Shown here: one piece after another, positions 51,361 to 64,000 of the stretch
How the letters are laid out: each line of letters begins with the position of its first letter
Position numbering within the stretch: position 1 is the stretch's first letter
NCBI RefSeq assembly: GCF_026571515.1
Contig: NW_026867008.1
Coordinates: 1-64,000 of the forward strand
Direction: 5' to 3'
DNA length: 64,000 bases
DNA from: Ruditapes philippinarum
Taxonomy: Eukaryota
Position numbers and translations under genes: made by a program
The notes under the pieces: generated by a model
What the model saw: only the letters and a program-made list of their open reading frames with translations
Database searches by the model: none
Told to the model about the DNA's origin: nothing

Positions 51361-51915
51361 TGCATTCTAGTTAACACACTGTGCATGTATATGTATACGA
51401 TTTAACTCTGATACATTTTCAACAGAAAGGTCCCCAAACTATGATACAATGATAATTATTGTATAATGATTTAACTTAACCTACATGTATCAACTATGAC
51501 TGTATATCAGATAATAATTTAGATTATTTAGTTCAACAAAATGGTAATTTGATGCTATTAAGAATGCTCTAATATAAATACAATAAAAATCTCTGTGAAT
51601 AAAGTTACTGGTTGTAAGGTTGTTAATGTAGGTATATTATAGTCAGCATAAATAATCCTTTCAATTTGTTTTAGTCTTAGTCACATGAGGGAAGCAGAAG
51701 GGCCAAATTTTTTACATAACAGCATATGAAAAAATCACACTCCATATGAGAAACAAACGTGTGAACATCAACATACATTATAAACAAATAAACACAACAA
51801 TCAAAACCACTGAATTTATTCATGAACTTAAATGTCAGAGGTTCTATTTAAAGTAATTAAGTATGTATCATTTATGTAAGACTAGATGTAATAATGTATG
51901 ATGTTAATTATACAG

Positions 51916-52005
51916 CATGCCAATGAAGATGTAGAGAAGATGATACTAGGGAACAAATGTGATATGGAAGACAAGAGACAGGTGTCCAAGGATAGGGGAG
52001 ATGCA
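51916..52005 (+). CDS. RAB10: RAB10 exon 4
   Basis: tacag| [30 protein letters not shown] |gtatgt (NKxD). Confidence 0.95.
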
Positions 52006-52469
52006 GTATGTATACTATACCTAACAAACAATTTAATATCTTAACCAGAAAGTAAAAAATTCCCCTTTTAAGGATTTTAACACACACACTCTGTGTTGTG
52101 CAAAGTCAAATAGATCACAGTGCCAAAGAAGCAAGACTTTCACACAGTTGTCGCTTAGTCAGAAGTTGTATTTATTATAATTGAGCTAAGTGTATCTGGG
52201 ATTCAAATTGGGTTGGTCCTTTTGCCCAGGGCAGATAAAAGTGACAGATTTCCTGAAAATTTAAACTCAGTATGTCTATAGGACTGTTTCTCGGACAATA
52301 TGACCAACAAAATTTCATAGTAAAAAGTCAATATTTTGTTGAATAATTTAATCTCCATTGATTAAAGCCACATTGCTTGTAACTTGTCATCACCAGAAAT
52401 GTTAAATCCCAAGCAATGTTTGCTTGACTTTTGAATAAGTTATTTGATACCCATCCCTTTCTAACTCCA

Positions 52470-54048
52470 TTTTTATGCCCCCGCCATGTAATGGCCGGGG
52501 CATATAGTGTTACCCTGTTCCGTCATTCCGTCCTTCCATCCTTCCGTCCTTCCATCCTTCCGTCCTTCCGTCATTCTGTCATTCCGTCATCATCAGTTTC
52601 CGTTCATTATCTTAAGAACGGTTAGACATATTCAACTCAAATTTGACATATGGATATGTCATGAGAAAATACAGGTCAAGTTCGAATTTGGTCATGGTTC
52701 GATGATTTTTGGTAGAGTTATGCCCCTTTTACTTTGAAAATAATATGAAATTTCAGTTTCCGTTCATTATCTTAAGAACGGTTGGACACATTCAATTCAA
52801 ACTTGACATATGGATATGTCATGAGAAAATACAGGTCAAGTTCGAATTTGGTCATGGTTCGATGATTTTTGGCAGAGTTATGCCCCTTTTACTTTGAAAA
52901 TAATATGAAATTTCAGTTTCCGTTCATTATCTTAAGAACGGTTGGACACATTCAATTCAAACTTGACATATGGATATGTCATGAGAAAATACAGGTCAAG
53001 TTCGAATTTGGTTATGGTTCGATAATTTTTGGCAGAGTTATGCCCCTTTTACTTTGAAAATAATATGAAATTTTCAGTTTCCGTTCATTATCTCCCCAAC
53101 GGTACAACACAATCAACTCAAACTTGACATATTGATATGTCATGAAAAAATACAGGTCAAGTTCGAATTTGGTCATGGTTCGATGATTTTTGGGAGAGTT
53201 ATGCCCCTTTTACTTTGAAAATAATATGAAATTTTCAGTTTCCGATCATTATCTCCCTCAAGGTACAACACATTCAACTCAAACGTGACATATGGATGCG
53301 TCAAAAGAATGCGCAGGTCAAGTTCAAATTTGGTCATGGTTCAATGATTTTTGGCAGAGTTATGCCCCTTTCACTTTGAAAGTAATATGAAATTTTCAGT
53401 TTCCGTTTATTATCTCCCCAATGGTACAACACATTCAACTCAAATTTGACATATGGATATGTTTTTGGAATGCCCAGGTCAAGTTCAAATTTGGTCATGG
53501 TTCAATGATTTTTGGTAGAGTAATGCCCCTTTTACTTTGAAAATAATATGAAATTGACAGTTTCTGTTCATTATCTACCCAACAGTGTCACATATTCAAC
53601 TTTAATTTGACATATGGATATGTCAAAGGAATGGGCAGGTCAAGTTCGAATTTGGTCATGGTTTGATGATTTTTTGGCAGAGTTATGTCTCTTTCACTTT
53701 GAAAATAATATAGATACATCTTAGGAATAAGCAGTTTAAGTTGGAATTTGGTCATGGTTCAATGATTTTAGACAAACTTATCTTTCCTGAATGTTGGAAA
53801 AATTTTGAACTTTCAGTTTCACCACTCATTCTTTTAGCCATTATTTTGGCTACAAATATGCAATATGCTATTTCTAAAAGGTTAAGACTGAATAATTTCA
53901 GTGCTTTGAACATTGTATGGAAATAGTTTGTGTTAACATTGAAAAGTTTTAAGGGCTTTGAACTTAAAATGAAAAAAATAATTAAAGCACCATCTGAAAT
54001 TTTGGCTGCATGCGGGGGCATCCGTGGCATGATGACACATTTCTAGTT
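52470..54048. mobile_element. HINE/pearl-like element (opposite orientation to 12932) carrying ~7 copies of a 160-161 bp repeat
   Basis: T-run, hairpin with atgcccccgc, (ttcc/gtcc)n microsatellite, 'cagtttccgttcattatc' every ~160 bp from ~52594, inverted gcgggggcat and tctagtt terminus. Confidence 0.9.
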
Positions 54049-54109
54049 TTCTCTCTTTTTGCTGTAACTGGCTTTGAAGACAACCTTTCTTACAAGACTT
54101 TTTAAAAGA

Positions 54110-54520
54110 AACTATTCTTGACCTTGAGCTTTAAATGACCTTGACTTTTAAGGTCAAATTGTAGAATTTTGGTTACATTGTCATAATTTTGCAGATGTAC
54201 AGATTTGATTCATACAGGGACAAAACAAGACTTGATACCAAACAAGCATATGGAATAATTTAGATGTTACTGTGACCATTAATTGACCTTGACTGTCAAG
54301 GTCAAATTATAGAAATTCTCCTTTTTTGTCTTTAACTGGCTATAACTCTGTTATTTATAAATGGATTAACTTCATATTTTGACATAAAGTATTATAGGGT
54401 AGGACCTTCATGTATATCAAACTCAAATGACCTTGACTTATGTATGACATTGACCCTCAACGTCAAATTTATTAAATTTTCACTGATTATTGATATAATT
54501 GCGTGCACACATTATTTAAA
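54110..54520. mobile_element. Decayed Helitron/Helentron-type internal repeats
   Basis: Three ~150-165 bp spaced 'tgaccttgac...aggtcaaatt' units. Confidence 0.45.
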
Positions 54521-55304
54521 TGTGTGTTAATTTTGTTTATCTTTTATTGTCTGAACCACAGCCTACCTGAAAAAAAAATTATTGATAAAAAAAATTGTCC
54601 CAAGTTTTTTGTGTGCTTAAGGACAAATGTTCTGAATTTTTGGGGACAATTAAGGACAACTGTTTTAAGGGAAAAGGTCCAATATGAATCATTCTGTACA
54701 TTAATACAATAATAATTGTTGTTAATTAAGCAGCAGCATCGTTTAGTATACAACTTCCATAGTTTGCTATATTGGAAATATTTCTATATTGTGATCTACT
54801 GTATAGTTAAGTTGTTTATCACAGGAAAAAATGCTTTTGTTGTCTTGCTCTTGAATTTAAATTTTAACTATTCTAAATCCTGCTCATTTATAATAACTAC
54901 ATGTACCTATTACTTATAATGAGGCATACAGGATTTTCTTACTGACAAGTTAATTGTTTTACCGTATTCAAATTTGTTTCCTTTTTAAACAAGTAGGAAG
55001 TTAAATATAAGTGTCATATTAATTTCAATGATTATTTTAAGAAAGAATATTAGTACATCATTTGTATGAATATTGCATTTATTAAACACAAAAAAAGAAA
55101 TGAAATTAAAGTCATTGTGTAATTACAGTTATCAAGTAGTTTACTAATGGATAATTTTTACATTTTATTTACTTAAATGAATGAAAGTATGTAATATAAC
55201 ATCTAGTAGTTTTTGTTGCACACTAAGACAGTTTAAAGATGGGTGTACTTGTAGTATGTAAGGTTATTGGTGTATCATGAGTGGAATGTTGCAACTATTT
55301 CACT

Positions 55305-56465
55305 AATTATACCCCCACCACAAAAAGTGGGGGGGTGGGGCAATAATGGATTCGCTTTGTCGTGTCCGTCGGTCGGTCCCTCTGTCTCCATTTTCGTGTC
55401 CGCTCTATAAATCCTATACCAATTGAAGGATTTTCTTCAATCTTGGCTCATATGTTCACCTCAACAAGGGGATGTGCAGAACCCATGTTACCCATGTGTC
55501 AGCTCAAGGTCAAGGTCACAATTGAAGGTCAAATATCAAACAAATATTAGACAGTATGTCGTGTCCGCTCTGTAAGTCATACACTAATTAAAAGATTTAC
55601 TTCAAACTTGGCTCAAATGTTCACCTTGACAAGGGGATGTGCAGAACCCATGTTGCCCATGTGTCAGGTCAAGGTCAAGATCATAATTGAAGGTCAAATA
55701 TCAAACAATCAAATTTTAGACAGTATGTCGTGTCCACTCTGTAAGTCCTACACTAATTGAAAAATTTTCTTCAATCTTGGCTCAAATGTTCACCTCAACA
55801 AGGTAATGTGCAGAACCCATGTCACCCTTTTGCTGGCTAAAGGTCAAGGTCACACTTGAAGGTCAAAAATTGACTTAAAAAATATTCTTAAATTTTAACA
55901 TGTATTTGAATATTTCTGAAACTAGCACAGGTGTTTTTCTTTGAAACTTAAAAGATTTATGAGGTGTCACAAATAAGATATGCAGGTCAAGTTTCATAAC
56001 TCTGTATTGCATTTTGACAAAGTTATGCCCCTTTTTAAGTCTTTAAATTTACATACAATCAATACTAGACAATATGTTGTGTCCTCTATAAATTCTATAC
56101 TAATGGAAGGATTTTCTTCAAACTTTACTCAAATGTTCACCCCAACTGGGCAATGTGCAGAACCCATCATACCCTTGTGCCAGCTTAAGGTCAAGGCCAC
56201 ACGTGAAGGTCAAAAATTGACTTAGAAAATGTTTAGTATATTGGGAAAATGAAAGGTTATTTGTAACTGTTTCGAACATGATTTCACAATATATATTTAC
56301 ACTATTACCTGTACAATTAGTCAATTAATTTTTTTCACCAGAGATAATTTCTTTTTATGTACATGTATTTGTGCCACTAAAGTTATTCCCTTAACCACCT
56401 TTCCAAGTCGTCTTCTGTCAAGGACATTGGTGGGGTATGAATCGCATTCAGCGATAGTTCTAGTT
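55305..56465. mobile_element. HINE/pearl-like element with ~175-180 bp internal repeats
   Basis: Subterminal IR atacccccacca / tggtggggtat; gtcc/gtcg microsatellite; repeated 'aatgttcacc...gtgcagaaccc...aaggtcaagg'; tctagtt terminus. Confidence 0.85.
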
Positions 56466-56544
56466 ATGATATTTTGACCTTAAATTGTATGTGCAAAGCC
56501 TTAACCTGCTCAAACAGATAACCTGCATTAACCTTAGCCAACAG

Positions 56545-57190
56545 TAAACAATCTGTCTGCTCAGATAATGTTGGCGCCACCAGTAAACCATCTGTCTGCT
56601 CAGATAATGTTGGCGCCACCAGTAAACCATCTGCTTGCTCAGATAATGTTGGTGCATCAGTAAACCAATAATGTTGGCACCACCAGTAAACCAATAATGT
56701 TGGCGCCACCAGTAAACCAATAATGTTGGCGCCACCAGTAAACCAATAATGTTGGTGCCACCAGTAAACCATCTATCTGTCTGCTCAGATAATGTTGGGC
56801 CACCAGTAAACCATCTGTCTGCTCAGATAATGTTGGCGCCACCAGTAAACCATCTGTCTGCTCAGATAATGTTGGCGCCACCAGTAAACCAATAATGTTG
56901 GCGCCACCAGTAAACCAATAATGTTGGCGCCACCAGTAAACCAATAATGTTGGTGCCACCAGTAAACCATCTATCTGTCTGCTCAGATAATGTTGGTGCC
57001 ACCAGTAAACCATCTGTCTGCTCAGATAATGTTGGCGCCACCAGTAAACCATCTGTCTGCTCAGATAATGTTGGCACCACCAGTAAACCATCTGTCTGCT
57101 CAGATAATGTTGGCGCCACCAGTAAACCATCTGTCTGCTCAGGTAATGTTGGCGCCACCAGTAAACCATCTGTCTACTCAGATAATGTTG
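56545..57190. repeat. Composite 39-bp / 26-bp minisatellite
   Basis: ccatctgtctgctcagataatgttggcgccaccagtaaa and its 13-bp deletion variant ccaataatgttggcgccaccagtaaa. Confidence 0.95.
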
Positions 57191-57341
57191 ACAGCTCAAT
57201 TTGTGATATCTTGTTTAACAGATATTTTAAAATTCAATGGAACATTTCAAAGCAAGGCAAAGAAAGTACAGACATTCAGCATGTTAAGGGTTAAATTATT
57301 TTACCATATATTTTATTCATATTTGTCATATATTATTTCAG

Positions 57342-57443
57342 ATTGCAAAGGAACATGGAATTCCATTTTTAGAAACCAGTGCAAAAGCAAATATAAATGT
57401 AGAAAAAGCTTTTATGGATTTAGCACAAGCCATATTGAATAAG
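57342..57443 (+). CDS. RAB10: RAB10 exon 5
   Basis: tttcag| [34 protein letters not shown] |gtataa (ETSAK). Confidence 0.95.
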
Positions 57444-57477
57444 GTATAATATTGCTAATAATTCTATGCCTATTATA

Positions 57478-58150
57478 AACAGTAACCAGTCTGATATATT
57501 TCAAACAGTTATCAGTCTGGTATGTTTCAAACAGTTATCAGTCTGGTATGATTCAAACAGTAATCAGTCTGGTATGATTCAAACAGTAATCAGTCTGGTA
57601 TTATTCAAACAGTAATCAGTCTGGTATGATTCAAACAGTAATCAGTCTGGTATTATTCAAACAGTAATCAGTCTGGTATTAGTCAAACAGTAATCAGTCT
57701 GGTATTATTCAAACAGTAATCAGTCTGGTATTATTCAAACAGTAATCAGTCTGGTATTATTCAAACAGTAACCAGTCTGGTATTATTCAAACAGTAATCA
57801 GTCTGGTATTATTCAAACAGTAATCAGTCTGGTAAATATCAAACAGTTATCAGTCTGGTATTATTCAAACAGTAATCAATCTGGTATTATTCAAACAGTA
57901 ATCAGTCTGATAAATATCAAACAGTTATCAGTGTGGTATGATTCTAACAGTAATCAGTCTTGCATATATCAAACAGTAATCAGTCTGGTATGATTCTAAC
58001 AGTTATCAGTCTGGTATGTTTCTAACAGTTATCAGTCCGGTGTTATTCAAACAGTAATCAGTCTGATGTTATTCAAACAATAATTAGTCTGATGTTTTAA
58101 ACAGTAACAGTAATCAATTTGGTATTGTTAAACAGTTATCAGTCTGGTAT
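57478..58150. repeat. 26-bp minisatellite filling most of RAB10 intron 5 (~26 copies)
   Basis: Unit aaacagtaatcagtctggtattattc. Confidence 0.95.
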
Positions 58151-58245
58151 GTAGGAACTAATTACTGACTTCACCAAGTTATTACTGTTTAAGTTTTATA
58201 ATATAATGTTATAAAAATATAATGTTTATCATTTTTTCATTGTAG

Positions 58246-58332
58246 ACTCCAGGTAGAGATGCACAACAAAACAGTGGTATAGATGTTCACAGAAATCAAG
58301 ATCCTTGCAACAAGGAAATGCTGCCTAATTAA
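58246..58332 (+). CDS. RAB10: RAB10 terminal exon; as assembled, frameshifted near the C-terminus
   Basis: ttgtag| TPGRDAQQNSGIDVHRNQDP then CNKEMLPN*; removing an extra T (58305/6) and an extra C (58324/5) gives ...DPATRKCC*, as in the copy at 63875-63923. Confidence 0.85.
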   Translation, partial: TPGRDAQQNSGIDVHRNQDPCNKEMLPN

Positions 58333-61300
58333 ATTTATTTATATGTAAATGTCACTTCTAGTTTTTTTAAAACAAACTTTCCTAGGGCCTAGGTTCACAT
58401 AGGATAACAACTTTACTGGCAGAACAGGATTTCACTTCTACTGTTTCAATTGCCGAAACAGAATTGTGGTCAAACTTAGTTCCAATTCAGCAGTATACTT
58501 TTAAAGTTTAAATGTTAAATATTATGTTGCTTACTTATTCTTATGAAAATGACTGTTAACATATTTTAAAAACAAGTATAAAATAAGTAATTCTAATAAT
58601 GGGAATTCAAGTTTATAAAGAAATAGTTTTGTTATCGATAATTGTGAACATATTTCAGTGTTTATAAGGGATATATATATCTATATATAAGTTACTTAGG
58701 TGAATAGACTATAATACCTTTTCTGTTATTTTGAAAATATTCACTGTTTTTATTAAAACAACAAAAACAAAAAACTAACAAGCTGGAAAATTTTGATCAT
58801 CCCTTGATAAGCTTGCTGCAAGTTTTGCTAATTGATTAATTTCTTACCATTGTGTATCATACAATACAAGTTTGAAAGTTTTCACTGGTTTATGAGGATA
58901 TATTTATACATAAAAGTTGCTGTATCAATTGTTTCCCAGGTGACCACAACTAGGACTTCATTTGATATGTTTTCAGTTTTACAACATGCACATTTTATGA
59001 ACTTTTAGAGAAAGTAGGATGTTAATTAGAATAGTTCAGAAAAATGTTAAAACATCTTATTGAACATGACTTTATGACAAGTTGAAATAAACCAGGGATT
59101 ATTGGCAAACATAAGACTTTAGATAATGATATTTGAAGGTGCATGCCACCAACACCTGCTTGATGGAGAAAGGAAGATATTTTCCTTGACACATGTTTAC
59201 ATAGCATATAAAGTGTATACCTACTAACTGACTGAATGTTAATATCATTGAATGTTGAAGTCTGTACTGTCTGTTCATACACTGACAAATATGTTTGTTA
59301 ATATAATGAAAGATAAAAATACAGCCAGCACAAAGATACTAGATAGTACATAACATCAGTATGTAGATTATATAATGTAGGAGTATTTGAAGTACTGTTC
59401 AAACTTAATATAACATGTTCAAGTCTTTATAAAATATACAAGTCTAGGAATATAATTTTATTTTCTATAATTTAAACATGTATATATAGATACAACATTT
59501 TATCAATATATTTATTGTCATAGTTGACACATACAATAAAGCTGTCACACTCTTTTCTTACCTTATTAAAGCTAAATTCTGATGCCAGCATGCTGGGAGA
59601 CAAGAGTTAACATTGCATGTATTAATGTGTTAAAATGTTCATTAAATGTTCATGTTGTGAATACTGAATGTTCATATTGCTTATGTAACTTCCCCCCATG
59701 TTATATCTAGATGTTGATTCTGTCAGCCTGGCTTTAAACATTACCTGTACAAAATTACTTCATTTTTTTCTTCATACTTAAGCTATGAAGGCCAAGAAAA
59801 TATTTACTTAAAAATTACAAAATTCAGTATTTTTCTTAGTATTCTACCTATTTTAATTTTAGCGTAACAAAAAGAAATGTTTTCTATATTTTTGTTTAGA
59901 AAACAGCATTTAAAGTGATTATCAAAATCAATTAAAACTTGATCTAGATATTTTCACTATTTTTCTTCAATAATTTTTAACCTTGCTTGTGAAAAATTGA
60001 TGCGTTTTTCATTTACAAGTGCTACATCATTTATAATATACATGTATATATTGTATATACATGCAGATAACATGCCTGTTAGTATAAGGCCATTATTGAG
60101 CTCTTTAATTTTCTGCAGCCAATTTATGAACAATTCTTTTTCGAATAGTCAGTAGTAATTTTAGATAGTTACTGTTAAGTTACCCAGGAAAGCTGGTTAG
60201 GTGTAAAAACTTCCATGATATAAAAATTTTTTTTTAAATTAGCTTGAAACAAAATTCAAACAACAATAAATCTAAATATAGTTATTTTGTTGTTATTTTT
60301 TCAGAAGAAAATGTTTAATAATGGTAAGAAGGTTATAATAACTTTGTGAAAGAACAGCATTGTTCTTATGTTATTTATTTCATTTTTTTAATTTGATAAT
60401 AATACATGTATAACCTAATATTTTATTATTATATTGAAGTAATGATTTTGGAAAAGGGAGTTAATTATTGTGCTATATATCAAGTATATTGTATACAGAC
60501 GTATAGTGATTTTTTTCTGTTAATAATACATGTTTTGGGTTAATACCATTTTTTGTGCCCTCACTATAGACTGTCTAATCATAATACCAAGACAGAAACT
60601 TATATATTCTAAGACTGTATGAATATTGTTATTTTTTCCCCCTTTTTGTTTACAATTTCTATGCTGTTTGTATGGATAAGAAAGATACTTGAATTCTTAT
60701 TATTTCAAATTTTCATGAAAATTGAATCCGAGTTAAGTTATATAAGTACTGCTGAGTTGATGGTATCAGTCAGGATTTGTGATTATGGTGTATTTATTTC
60801 TTATATTTCAAATACTTCAAACTTCAAGCATAATGAAATGATATTTGGATCTTCATGTTTACAGTATTGTACACTAATGATTTGTGTGATCTTTGTTCCA
60901 TATGCCTACTTGTATCCTAGGCTATAGTTTCACAATAAACATAAAAAAAACAAAATTGTATACACTATTTCGTTTCAGAAAAAAGTATACATGTTTTGCT
61001 ACAAGTAAGATAGTAGTAGTCAGGTGATTGTTGGAATAAAGATTGTGCACTTTAAATTCATGTTTTATTACAAAAACAGTATCAGATTTTATGAGAACTG
61101 TTAAAGATACTTTATGCTTGTGTGCTTGTAAATTTTTGAACTGCTTGATTTTGTCCTGACATTGTGAATGAGATGGTGGGTGGGGGAAGAAAGGGTTCAC
61201 ATGTATCTCTCTTCCTTTGTGCTTGGTGCTTTGAACTAAATAAATGATCAATAGTGATGTTCTTCATGTAGAATAATAAACTATATAAACATTCACCTCA

Positions 61301-61364
61301 ATATCATAGTAACTAATGAGTGATACATACCTATAGTCACCAATATCATCATAAACTCTGTTGG

Positions 61365-61530
61365 TTCTTGTGAGGAAGCTTTCTAGCAAGCTTTTAACAG
61401 AATGATGATGGTTCTACTAGAATTGTGTCTGAAAGATGTAGAAAAGGGCATATATGAAGTCTTTCTCCACAAGTTGAGAAGTCGCCATATGACCTGAAAT
61501 AATGTCAGCATGACTTTAAACCAAGCCAAC
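61365..61530 (+). mobile_element. Meta-type SINE body and tail
   Basis: tgtgaggaagctttctagc...tggttctact...gtctttctccac...aagtcgccatatgacct...tgtcagcatgactttaaacc. Confidence 0.65.
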
Positions 61531-63874
61531 CACAGACTTCTACTTAAAATATTTTTTATGTAAACTTTTAATAGACAGTAAAACTATGTGTTGTGATTTA
61601 CATAAACTAGTTTTTTCTCCACCAATGCCTGACTTTAATTTTGTCACATGATCAGATTTGGTGATTATTTGAGGAGAGCTAAATTTCTTGAGTAGATTTA
61701 TTAATTTACATGAAGTACATCAATGCAAGTGTCATGAATAAATATTCACTTCATTTAACAATGTTGTCAAAATATTTTAAAGAAAAATTCTGTATAGTTT
61801 TTTGTACAAGTTGTTTAAGCACATGTCATGTTATTATTAATTTAATTACAGAACAAATACTCATTTATTGATTTCTTTTTGGTTTACATTAAGTTGTTGA
61901 GGATACAGTCATATTTTACTTTGATTAAATTATGATTTAAACAAATTTAACAGAATTAATTACAATAAAGAGAACAAGTGTTGATTATATTTAAAGATAA
62001 AGTCAAGATACATTACCCATTCATTAACTATAAATGGTAACCTTTAACTTGCTGAATCTGTGTAATAGATTAGTCTAGCTTCTCTGGTCTAAGCAAAGAG
62101 AGATTGCATCATTTCACTGGTCTATAGCAACGAGACATTAAAACATTACACTGAGCTGTCACTAGTATACAGTCTGGTTCACTGATCTCCAGTATGACCC
62201 CTGCCTATATATTGACTGACAAAAGTTATCATGTATGATTTTAGTAAGGTACAGATTAGTTTATTCTTTTATACATGTACATTCAAATTTGTCACATGTT
62301 AAAGTTAATTTAATGATTTATTCTGTAAAAGTCTATAAAATGATAACTATATTTTAGTTTTAATGGTATGTGTAAATGTTAAATGTACTAAAAATTGTAC
62401 ATGTATATCTTGTTATATACTATTCATCCAATATATACAAACATAGACTTAGGTAAAAAAAACAAGGTGCATACAGAATTATTCCTGCATTTTATTTTTG
62501 ATAGTATAGAATTAGTACAGCTTTTTGTTTTTAGGTGATTTCTGGTGTTTTGATCTATTGATAATATACAATGTTATTTCAGTGCTAAGATTGATGCATA
62601 ATAAACATTTATCTATCTACTAAATGATAAAATAATTTAGGGTTGTAATTTTATGACAGAGGAGTAAGCAGTTAAAATTTAGATATTGTACTTTCATGTA
62701 ACATGGTCATTAGTTAGTTCTGCCATACGATCAGCATGAAAACATTTTGTTTCTACCCCAGTGCTCCAAGCCAGTTAGGGTAAGGAAGGTAGATAGATAA
62801 AAATGTTGTGTATGATGTGTTTTAATTTAAGATATTATTTTTATTTAACATATTTATGACATTGAATTACAAAAAGAATTAATACGTGCATGCTTAATCA
62901 TGTTTTAAAGTTTAAGTTCAAAGATGTTATTCTTATTAGTTGTTTCTACTTGCCATGATTTTTATACAACAAAAAAAAACGCAAAAATGTAATTTTTTTT
63001 GGCAATAAAACTTTGGGTTGCGGGATTTTTTTTTTGCAGGTTGGTAGCTGGAAGATAAAACATGTATTTTATTATATAGCTAAATGTTTCGATGTAACAA
63101 TAGGTACTCTATATAAAAGCTTGTAAAGCTATAACAAGATTTACGAGATTTACAATAAGTACAATCAGGTCATTCTCATATTTTCATAATTGATGTTTTT
63201 GTAAACAGATTTAACAGAAAGTGTTTGTCTATAAATCTTCCCTATACTATACACTTTCTGTCACATTGATATATACCGTGGTTTCTTACAATGGGTCTGC
63301 CAATTACAGACACACTAATACAATGTACATGTATATCCATTTATGGTATTACAATTATATATAACAAAATTGCTATTTAAACTGTGTTAAAACAATTACT
63401 ATATGAATTGACCATTAAAATGTCATAGACTTTCTGTATAAGACTGGACCGTTCTTGTCAGAGTTAAAATTGAGGAATAAGCTTTCAAATCAGATTAAAG
63501 AATTGGTTGTTAATAAATGAGAACAAATTATGAAAATGTTAAATATTTTAACTTCAGTTTTGGTATATTATAAGGTTACATCATATTTTATGTTGATCTG
63601 TGTCTATTATGTTGTATGATTGTCTAAAATGTAAATCATTTAATTTAGTCAAAATAAAACTATACAGAATAATTGTTGTTGTCATTTCTTCATAATTGTC
63701 AGTATACAAGTTCCAGATATAGTCAATAATAAGAGCTTATCAGTTCTCTTCTTCTTAATTTGTTAAGTTGTTGGAAACAATATAAATATGTTCGTAAATG
63801 TCAAAATCTGTTCCAGTTAATGCATTCCTGTGTCCTGAAAATGGTTGTGATGTTCCAAAAATGACAAAGTGACA

Positions 63875-64000
63875 TATAGATGTTCACAGAAATCAAGATC
63901 CTGCAACAAGGAAATGCTGCTAATTAATATTTTATATATAAATGTCACTTCTAGTTTTTAAAACAAACTTTCCTAGGCCTAGGTGTGTCACATAGGATAA
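63875..64000 (+). other. Duplicated fragment of the RAB10 last exon and proximal 3' UTR (runs off the window)
   Basis: Colinear with 58278-~58406; reads IDVHRNQDPATRKCC* but has an in-frame TGA at 63870-63872 and lacks the exon's acceptor and first 32 nt. Confidence 0.9.

Noticed and set aside
56460-57442. Repetitive ORFs (YWWRQHY, APPVNHLSAQ)
   Set aside because: Translations of the 39/26-bp minisatellite; the true RAB10 exon 5 is in a different frame
63875-63923. Alternative terminal exon supplying the CC motif to RAB10
   Set aside because: No acceptor in the phase-0 frame; in-frame TGA at 63870-63872

Overview
AT-rich (~30% GC by eye) metazoan genomic DNA, most likely a bivalve mollusc (inferred from the repeat families, not proven). 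It holds four intron-containing genes. (1) The last seven coding exons of WDR70 (+, 2190-7818). (2) A complete three-exon ALG2 mannosyltransferase (-, 15241-19975). (3) A TAL1/SCL/LYL1-family bHLH gene (+, CDS 39423-40208, probable 5' UTR exon near 30.9-31.0 kb). (4) A six-exon RAB10 (+, 46721-58332) whose last exon, as assembled, is frameshifted out of its C-terminal CC prenylation motif; an intact copy of that exon end sits at 63875-64000. The rest is minisatellites and non-autonomous mobile elements: Helentron/HINE-type elements carrying 160-180 bp repeats, tRNA-derived SINEs, piggyBac/mariner/hAT/Kolobok/Harbinger-like MITEs, and hairpin-ended elements. The most notable non-genic structures are: a 377-bp miniature LTR element whose LTRs each contain a tRNA-like Pol III unit, with a tRNA-Lys PBS; a 35-bp satellite that appears to be the amplified A-box head of a SINE; a 37-bp perfect palindrome with a 7-bp TSD that looks like a P-element excision footprint; two nested CAGG-ended transposons, both with 6-bp TSDs; and intronic minisatellites seeded from exon 3' ends. 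There are no prokaryotic features or CRISPR arrays. Parts of the window (1-2000, ~42.5 kb, possibly ~58.3 kb) look like unpolished long-read consensus. All alignments were done by eye, and family names come from memory and need database confirmation.
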